A DNA stretch of 41,821 bases from Oscillospiraceae bacterium (GTDB taxonomy: Bacteria > Bacillota > Clostridia > Oscillospirales > Ruminococcaceae): the NCBI GenBank assembly GCA_014796735.1, contig JAAVIG010000060.1:1-41821 (forward strand). The letters are read 5' to 3'. Numbering within the stretch: position 1 is the first letter of the stretch; the number at the start of each line of letters is the position of its first letter. The position numbers and the translations under genes were made by a program. Shown one piece after another: positions 34,899 to 41,821 of this stretch. The notes under the pieces are model-generated. The model ran no database searches, had not been told where the DNA came from, and saw only the letters and a program-made list of their open reading frames with translations.

Positions 34899-37142
34899 TT
34901 GACGGACATCAGTATAGGCGCAGGCTTTGTCACACCACAGACGGTGCGGACTTCAGTGTCGGTACGTCAGACCGTTCCAAATACTTCAAGCGGCAGCTTT
35001 ATGCAAACCTTACAGCAGAATAAGACTGTCGATGCCGATCTTGGACAGTCTGCCGGTACGGCAAGCGGTTCTGTCGGCACGGGAAACTCTTCGGGCAGTC
35101 AAACGGCTGCAGCGGTCACGGGTACGGGCTCGGACGGCGCGGACGCTGCGGTTTCATCGGTAAGCGAAAGCGCTTCCGATACATATGACGCATCGGCGGC
35201 GGAAGAGGTAAGCACCGAGTACGAAACGGCGCAGAAGATTGAGTACGCTTCGTCGGCAAATGTTAAGGTCAATGAGAATGCTGTCAGGGAGCTTGAAGAT
35301 CTGTCTCAGGAAGTACAGGATAAGCTCACAGCGGGCGAAGAAAAGCCAAGCTTGCTCGAACAGGCTCGCGAAGCGTTGGAAAAAGCGATGCTGAAAGCCT
35401 TTGAGGACTTGAACGACCCCGATAAGGATAAAGAGGAGTTCGAGGAAAAGGCGCTGAATTTCCTTATGAAGCTTGTGGACAAAATCGCGGGCAAAACGGA
35501 TAAGAAAACCGCTTTGACCGACGATGAGGACGAGAACGAGGAAATGATCGACGGAACCCTTTTGCAGATAATCGACAACATGCTGAAAAACGCGGAGAAG
35601 AACGCGGAGGACAGCGAAATTGCCGATGAGGAGAAGGACGAATTGATCACCAAGACCGATTGGGTCGATATCGGCTCGTCTCAGGAAACGGCACGTAAGG
35701 AAATCTGGTATAACCGCGCGGATATACAGATCGAGCTGATACCGAGCAGAATACCCCCGCGTGAGGATTACCGTCTCCCCGATCCCAATGCACCTGTTGT
35801 ACAGGGCGTAAGAACCGAGTATACGACCGACAGCAGCGGCAGTCGTTTGGTTACAAGCTTCGACATAAGCGTTCAAGCGGCGGAGGAAGCGGCACAGAAC
35901 GGCGAAGGTACGGTTTATACCAACTTGGCTGCGGCGGACGGCATGACTGTGGTAAGCGAAAACGTTATAAGCACGGAAAATCCCGATGCTGTGACGGAGA
36001 TTCACGCTCAGACCGAGACGGCGGCAAACATCGGTGCGGAGAAAGCGGCGCAAATCGAAAATTCCGTACCTGTACCTACGGCGGCAGCGGCACCGATTCG
36101 GCATATTACCGAAGAACGGCCCGCGGAAGCCTTTGACTTCGGACAGTCGGAGGATAACGGAAGTGCTTCATACACCGAAAGCGCATTCGCAGGAGCCGAA
36201 GCGGCAGTAAGCGAGGAAGGATCGGTTTACACCGAGGAAACGGAGATACCGCAGACGGTTACCAAGGCATCGACACAGTCTGAAGAACTGAGCAAGAATT
36301 TAGGCGAGGAGGGTATTCCGAATGTGCAGGCGCGTGATACGTCGGAAGTAAATGAAAACCCGACGGTATTACAGACAGCCGAGGACGAGGAATACGAGCA
36401 GATCGCGCAGAACCTTTACAGAGAGGTCACCGAAACCGTAAAGGCGGTCATTGCTTCCGAGATGCCCGAAGATAACGGAGGGGTTATCCAACGTTTAGGC
36501 GGCGTCAGCGAGGAAGAAAAAGCCGAGAGCGAGTTTGACGAGCTTGCAAGACTTTTCGGAATGAAGAAGAAGGAAAACAGACCCGAGCTTCCCGAGGAAG
36601 AGGAGGAAAAGGCAGAGAATGTCAGACCCGCCAAGTACAATGAGGCGGCGGAAAAGGTTCCTGTTGAGGACATAAGCACAGTAACCTCAAAGGTAACGGA
36701 CGTTCCCATCGCAAAGACCTATGAACCTACCGAAAGCGGAGTTAAACAGATCGTTACTCAGATAGTTTCCGAAATCTTCAGCAATCTTCCCGAAGAAGGC
36801 GGAGAAACCGTTCTGACAATGACCCTGAATCCCGAAACACTGGGAAGGATTTCCGTAAAGCTTGTGGAAAACGCGGGAAAGATCAGCGTTACTATAACGG
36901 CGGAAAATAAGGAGACAGCGGCGATACTGGCTTCGAGAGCCGAAAGCATGCAGGAGAGCATGAAAGACAGCGGAACTCAGCTTGAAAAGTATCAGGTGGT
37001 TTACGGCGCCGAGCAGGACGGCAGAGCGGAACAGCAGAATTACGACGGAAGCAGCAAGAATCCTTACGTGAGAGAAGTCGAGGAACACGACGAGGAAAAC
37101 GAGGGACAGTTTGCGGAAATACTCGGTAATGAAGCGGTTTAG
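34899..37142 (+). CDS. fliK: Flagellar hook-length control protein FliK (747 aa)
   Basis: C-terminal T3S4 motif LTMTLNPETLGRISVKL; long acidic disordered N-terminus; TTG start with AAGGAGGT RBS; fliJ-fliK-flgD synteny. Confidence 0.9.
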   Translation: MTDISIGAGFVTPQTVRTSVSVRQTVPNTSSGSFMQTLQQNKTVDADLGQSAGTASGSVGTGNSSGSQTAAAVTGTGSDGADAAVSSVSESASDTYDASAAEEVSTEYETAQKIEYASSANVKVNENAVRELEDLSQEVQDKLTAGEEKPSLLEQAREALEKAMLKAFEDLNDPDKDKEEFEEKALNFLMKLVDKIAGKTDKKTALTDDEDENEEMIDGTLLQIIDNMLKNAEKNAEDSEIADEEKDELITKTDWVDIGSSQETARKEIWYNRADIQIELIPSRIPPREDYRLPDPNAPVVQGVRTEYTTDSSGSRLVTSFDISVQAAEEAAQNGEGTVYTNLAAADGMTVVSENVISTENPDAVTEIHAQTETAANIGAEKAAQIENSVPVPTAAAAPIRHITEERPAEAFDFGQSEDNGSASYTESAFAGAEAAVSEEGSVYTEETEIPQTVTKASTQSEELSKNLGEEGIPNVQARDTSEVNENPTVLQTAEDEEYEQIAQNLYREVTETVKAVIASEMPEDNGGVIQRLGGVSEEEKAESEFDELARLFGMKKKENRPELPEEEEEKAENVRPAKYNEAAEKVPVEDISTVTSKVTDVPIAKTYEPTESGVKQIVTQIVSEIFSNLPEEGGETVLTMTLNPETLGRISVKLVENAGKISVTITAENKETAAILASRAESMQESMKDSGTQLEKYQVVYGAEQDGRAEQQNYDGSSKNPYVREVEEHDEENEGQFAEILGNEAV

Positions 37143-37256
37143 GCTTTGACAAGCGCTTAAGCGGCAAAAAGGTATGACAAAGAAATTTTTCGGCAAATCC
37201 CATTAAAAATTATAATTTTGCAATTTGCCCCAATCAGAGGGCGGAAAGGAGAAAGC

Positions 37257-38117
37257 ATGGCATATAATACAGAACCGGTAAGCAGCGTTGACGACGTTCG
37301 AAACAAATACGCCAAGTATTTTGAACAGGACAACAGCAAGTCGATAGTATCGATAGACACGTTTTTCCAGCTTCTTATGGCGGAAATGACAAACCAGGAC
37401 CCCTTGGAACCCACCAGCAATACCGAGTTCATATCACAGCTCGCGAATTTTACCGCGCTTCAGACCGGCAGCGACAGCCTTTACTACAACACGGTGAACT
37501 ACGCTTCGAACCTTGCGGGAAAAACCGTTACGGTAGCTACCAACGCAGGCGTGGACAGCGAAGGCAAGATGAAGCTTAACGTTGAAACGGGAGTCGTTAC
37601 GGGCGTTGACATCAGCGATGAAAACAGCATTGAGATAACGGTAAACGGAAAACGCTACGGATTGGGCTCGATAATGAACGTTGCGGGCAACTCCACCGGA
37701 AGCACGGTTTCGGCAACAGACGGCGCGTACGCGGTAAGCCTCATCGGAAAGAACGTAATGCTTAAGGCAACGAACGCGGATGGTCAGACCATCATTGACA
37801 GCGGCGTGGTTGAGAGCATTGAGGTTGAAAACGGCGTATACCGTATCGTAATGGGCGGCTTGTCCTATCCCTTGGACAGCGTTATCAAGGTAGGAAATAC
37901 GGCAAGCAGCGTAGGCGGCACCGAAAGCGAGGAAACGGGCAGCTCCGACAAAACGGAAAGTACCGATAATGCGGAGACTAAGTCGGCAGCAAGAGCGGCC
38001 ACAGAGGAAACAAGACCCGTGGAAAGCGACGGGATAACGGTACTCAATCAGCCCGAAACGGAAACGTCGATATTGGGCGCTTCGGAAAACGAAGAACTGA
38101 AAGAATTATTTTCGTAA
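37257..38117 (+). CDS. flgD: Hook capping protein FlgD
   Basis: DTFFQLLMAEMTNQDPLEPTSNTEFISQLANFTAL; start reassigned to MAYNTE (AAAGGAG RBS). Confidence 0.95.
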   Translation: MAYNTEPVSSVDDVRNKYAKYFEQDNSKSIVSIDTFFQLLMAEMTNQDPLEPTSNTEFISQLANFTALQTGSDSLYYNTVNYASNLAGKTVTVATNAGVDSEGKMKLNVETGVVTGVDISDENSIEITVNGKRYGLGSIMNVAGNSTGSTVSATDGAYAVSLIGKNVMLKATNADGQTIIDSGVVESIEVENGVYRIVMGGLSYPLDSVIKVGNTASSVGGTESEETGSSDKTESTDNAETKSAARAATEETRPVESDGITVLNQPETETSILGASENEELKELFS

Positions 38118-38141
38118 CCTGACGAAAGGCGGGGTGATCAA

Positions 38142-38561
38142 ATGCTTTTAAGCGAGTTTTTACAAGCGAGAAATCAAAGCATAATAAATCAGCCTGTTGA
38201 AAGTGGGAAAAATAATATTGTCGGCACCGAGGTTAATTCACCGAAGGTCAACGAAAAGGGAAATTCCTTTGCGGATGAGCTTCGCACCATGCTGTCGGGA
38301 AAAAGTCAGGTTCAATTCAGCAATCATGCCATTAAAAGGCTTGAAAGCAGAGAGATCGACGTAACCGAAAATGACGCGTTGGAGAGGCTTAACAAGGGTG
38401 TTGAATTGGCGGCGCAGAAGGGCTGCGGTCAGTCGCTTATATTGGTGGACGGCACGGCGTATATAGTAAGCGTTGCTAACAACAAGGTTATTACAACAGT
38501 ATCACAGGCGGATTTAAAAGAAAACGTATTTACAAACATAGACTCAACCGTGATCGTATGA
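38142..38561 (+). CDS. Putative flagellar operon protein (TIGR02530 family)
   Basis: FSNHAIKRLESREI, AAQKG..SLIL, IVSVANNKVIT, VFTNIDSTVIV; typical position between flgD and flgE. Confidence 0.9.
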   Translation: MLLSEFLQARNQSIINQPVESGKNNIVGTEVNSPKVNEKGNSFADELRTMLSGKSQVQFSNHAIKRLESREIDVTENDALERLNKGVELAAQKGCGQSLILVDGTAYIVSVANNKVITTVSQADLKENVFTNIDSTVIV

Positions 38562-38650
38562 TGTCGGACCGAAAGGAAACATCTCCGCCCCGAATGACGG
38601 ACGGGCGGTAAACAAACGGTTTGAGTCCCAACGGAAAGGACAATAAGCTT

Positions 38651-40294
38651 ATGATGAAATCACTTTACTCCGGTGTGGCAGGTCTTAAGGTCCACAACCA
38701 GAGAATGGACGTTATCGGCAACAACATTTCAAACGTAAACACCACAGGTTATAAGGCAAGCGCCGTAACCTTCAAGGATGTTTTCTATCAGAACAAATCT
38801 TACGCTACCTCAGGTGATGTTATAAAGGGCGGTACCAACGCTAACCAGGTAGGTTACGGTGCAAGACTCGGTTCTATCGGACAGGTAATGACACAGTCCG
38901 GTCTTACATATTCCGACAGCGTAACCGACTGCGCTATTCAGGGTGAAGGCTTCTTTCAGGTAATGGATCAGGCGGGCAACATCTATTATACCAGAAACGG
39001 TAACTTTCACATCGACAACGTAGGCAACCTCTGCGACGCAAACGGTAACATCGTATTGGGCGTAAGCGGCGATCCTACGGGAGTAGCAGCGTCCAGCAAC
39101 AGAATCAACCTTTACGTTCCTCCTGTTGACAACAGAAGAGCAAGCGTTGAAAAGGTGTACAAGGACGGTCTTGACGAATATACATACACCATTACGGCCA
39201 ACTCCTTCGGCGATAACGGCAACATTTCCTTTACAATTATCAATACAGGTCCCGATGAAACACCCTTTGCGACACAGAATGACAGATCCATCACCGTAAG
39301 GATCAACCTGGATCAGGATTTCCTTGCTCCCGGCGAGGCTCCCACGGGCGCGAACGACACAAGAGTAACTCTTGAGCAGGCCATAAACGACGCTCTCACA
39401 GTGGGCGGCGTTGAGCTTCCCGGCGAAGTGCTCCCCTTGAATTTCGAGTACAGCAGTATGCCTGTAAACACGCACGCAGTAGCGGCTTCGAACACGCTGT
39501 CCTTTGACGCGGACGGCGAGCTTACCGGCGGCAACGTTCTTAATCTTACATTTACAGCAGAGACGGCAGGCGCTTTTGCCAACAATTACGAGATCAATAT
39601 CGTAAGCTATACCCCCAATGCCGCAAGCAACGATCTTGCAACAAACGGCGGCGTAAAGGCAAACTGGACGGAAAACGTACTTACGATCAGGGTTCCCAAT
39701 ACCGCGCAGGTAACACAGCAGAACATCAACGACGCTATTGCCGCGGCGGCAGGCGGAAACGAAAAGAGAGTGCTTACAGTTAACGGAGGTATCAGCCAGG
39801 CACAGGCGGCGGCTATCGGAGATACAAGCGTAAGACTCGGTCTTATGGGCGGTAAGGACAACTTCTTCAAGAGCATTGCCGAAACAATGGACACCGTTAA
39901 GCTTGTAGGCGGTTCTGTCGAAGCGGATCAGACCACCAAGGATCTGGAATCAATGTTCATTGACGACGACGGTGTTATTTACGGCGTGCATACCGTTCAC
40001 GGAACTATCGCATTGGGTCGTATCGACTTGGCGGTATTCGAGAACCCCGAAGGTCTCGATCAGGTAGGTACATCTTACTGGAAGGAGTCCCTGAGCTCGG
40101 GTTCGGCTATCACTAAGAAAGCAAACGACGTAGGTACCGGTTCTATCGTATCTACCGCGCTGGAAATGTCCAACGCCGACCTGTCGCAGGAAATTTCCGA
40201 CATGATCATCACGCAGAGAGGCTTCCAGGCTAACACTCGTGTTATCACCGTTACCGATACAATGCTTGAAGAGCTTGTAAACCTTAAGAGATAA
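38651..40294 (+). CDS. flgE: Flagellar hook protein FlgE
   Basis: MMKSLYSGVAGLKVHNQRMDVIGNNISNVNTTGYK, AIQGEGFF, YTRNGNF, LEMSNADLSQEISDMIITQRGFQAN. Confidence 0.95.
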   Translation: MMKSLYSGVAGLKVHNQRMDVIGNNISNVNTTGYKASAVTFKDVFYQNKSYATSGDVIKGGTNANQVGYGARLGSIGQVMTQSGLTYSDSVTDCAIQGEGFFQVMDQAGNIYYTRNGNFHIDNVGNLCDANGNIVLGVSGDPTGVAASSNRINLYVPPVDNRRASVEKVYKDGLDEYTYTITANSFGDNGNISFTIINTGPDETPFATQNDRSITVRINLDQDFLAPGEAPTGANDTRVTLEQAINDALTVGGVELPGEVLPLNFEYSSMPVNTHAVAASNTLSFDADGELTGGNVLNLTFTAETAGAFANNYEINIVSYTPNAASNDLATNGGVKANWTENVLTIRVPNTAQVTQQNINDAIAAAAGGNEKRVLTVNGGISQAQAAAIGDTSVRLGLMGGKDNFFKSIAETMDTVKLVGGSVEADQTTKDLESMFIDDDGVIYGVHTVHGTIALGRIDLAVFENPEGLDQVGTSYWKESLSSGSAITKKANDVGTGSIVSTALEMSNADLSQEISDMIITQRGFQANTRVITVTDTMLEELVNLKR

Positions 40295-40457
40295 GCTTTA
40301 GGTAATATCAGACTTTAACCGAAGCATGGAAGCGGCGGCATAATAAACCATATTGACGAAAACGGCGTCCGGTCGTAAAAATACGGTCGGCCGCCCATTC
40401 GTTGATATTATTATCAAAAAGGAACGGCGTCGGACAACCCGACGTGAATAAGAAAAT

Positions 40458-40676
40458 ATGATTTATTTAACTAAATTGGGCGGAAAACAGTTCTTGCTTA
40501 ACGAGGATCAGATCGAATCCGTTTCTCAGAGTCCCGATACCATTATAGTGCTGAGCAACGGTCACAGCTACATTGTTCAGGAGTCTATGGAAGAGATCAT
40601 GGAAGAGATAATTAAATTCAATCGCAGCAGCAGACGGATCGCTTCAAGAAGAAACGACAGTTCGGATATACAATAA
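40458..40676 (+). CDS. flbD: Flagellar protein FlbD (SwrD family)
   Basis: MIYLTKLGGKQFLLNEDQIESV..PDTIIVLSNG..YIVQES. Confidence 0.92.
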   Translation: MIYLTKLGGKQFLLNEDQIESVSQSPDTIIVLSNGHSYIVQESMEEIMEEIIKFNRSSRRIASRRNDSSDIQ

Positions 40677-40748
40677 TTAAAGTATATTATCCCCCGCGGA
40701 AGTTCCGCGACAGGGAAAAAGATAAACCAAGCAGAAAAAAACCTGTAA

Positions 40749-41546
40749 ATGGAGGGCTTTCCTTTGAATATTACGATTATCATAGGCTGGGTATTAGCCT
40801 TCGGTCTTACAATATTCGGCATATTGAGCGGCGGTAAAATGGACGACTTTATCGACCCTGCCAGCGTATTTATCACTGTGGGCGGTACCTTGGGCGGACT
40901 GATCGCCAGCTTCCCTATGTCGACGCTGTTGGCAGTGCCCAAGCTTTTAAAAATTTGTCTTTTTCCGCCGAAGTACAATCCTCAGAAGTACATAGACGAG
41001 ATAGTGGAATACGCCAGAGTTGCGAGAAGCCAGGGTATCCTTACTCTTGAAGACAGCGCAAACAAGGCTACTGATCCCTTTATGAAAAAAAGTCTCTTGC
41101 TTCTTGTAGATGCCAATGACGCGGAAAAAATTCGTGAGATGTTAGAGGAAGCCATTAGCTTTACGGACGACAGACACGCGGCCAACAAGGCGTTCTTTGA
41201 AAAGGGCGTTGCGCTGGGTCCCGCTTTCGGTATGTTGGGTACGCTGGTAGGACTTGTTAACATGCTTGCCCAAATGGAAAACAGCTCAGAGGGCTTGGGT
41301 TCTGCGATGGCTACCGCGCTTATAACGACCTTCTACGGTTCGCTTCTTGCAAACGTTATATTCGGCCCTTTGGCCAGTGCGCTTGAAAACGCAAACAATG
41401 ACGAAATACTTTGTATGCAGATAATTTGTCAGGGCTCAATGGCGATAGCCGCAGGTTCAAACCCCGCATTGATAAGAGAAAAGCTCGAATTTATGCTTGC
41501 GGATAAGGATCTTAAGAAAAACGGCGGCGCTAAGGGCGAGGAATAA
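40749..41546 (+). CDS. motA: Flagellar stator protein MotA
   Basis: ARSQGILTLE, GPAFGMLGTLVGLV, MATALITTFYGSLLAN. Confidence 0.95.
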   Translation: MEGFPLNITIIIGWVLAFGLTIFGILSGGKMDDFIDPASVFITVGGTLGGLIASFPMSTLLAVPKLLKICLFPPKYNPQKYIDEIVEYARVARSQGILTLEDSANKATDPFMKKSLLLLVDANDAEKIREMLEEAISFTDDRHAANKAFFEKGVALGPAFGMLGTLVGLVNMLAQMENSSEGLGSAMATALITTFYGSLLANVIFGPLASALENANNDEILCMQIICQGSMAIAAGSNPALIREKLEFMLADKDLKKNGGAKGEE

Positions 41547-41821
41547 TTTGGCGAAGAAGAGCTTACGCTTATCCGACTGTCCGAGCAATGCTCCGAGATC
41601 TTTTACAAGGATTTTGTCGGCTTGATTTGATAACAGGACATGGTTGATTTGCGAACAAGCTTTCTGTTACAGAAAAATTTCACAAAAATTTCACAGAGCG
41701 CGAAAGAAAAAATTTTTCCCATGTTTTTTACGTCAAAAAAAGGGTATCTCGCGGCATTTAAAAGCTGCAAGCGAGTTAAAGGAAAAATTTCGGGTTGCAA
41801 CTTTTTGAAATTTATGTTATA

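Noticed and set aside
41547-41821. motB start or a 65 aa minus-strand ORF after motA
   Set aside because: No MotB-like N-terminus (W..TY.D motif) seen before the window ends; the minus ORF is AT-rich with no support.

Overview
Chromosomal segment of a flagellated Clostridia-class bacterium (Oscillospiraceae/Ruminococcaceae-like; inferred from gene content). Left end, minus strand: sigma28-driven flgM-flgN-flgK-flgL (flgL truncated by the window). Right third, plus strand: flgB-flgC-fliE-fliF-fliG-fliH-fliI-fliJ-fliK-flgD-(TIGR02530)-flgE-flbD-motA. Between them lie an orphan sugar-binding lipoprotein with a CxxC-CxxC insert, a DUF4011/SF1-helicase/Vsr-like (Hhe-type) defence gene, rpoD, Rrf2, an FtsA-like ATPase/degenerate GH26/IseA-like lipoprotein operon, an ECF sigma/anti-sigma pair, and a PilZ-GGDEF-ParA-ComFB-like c-di-GMP module. 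The most striking unexplained signal is non-coding: three copies (9593-9670, 21054-21147, 21601-21685) of a near-perfect four-way junction with a conserved closing stem and 3' tail but largely different internal hairpins, whose loops fit extra-stable ssDNA loop classes. Other structured intergenic repeats are also present, including an apparent filled/empty insertion pair. No rRNA, tRNA, CRISPR array or transposase was seen.
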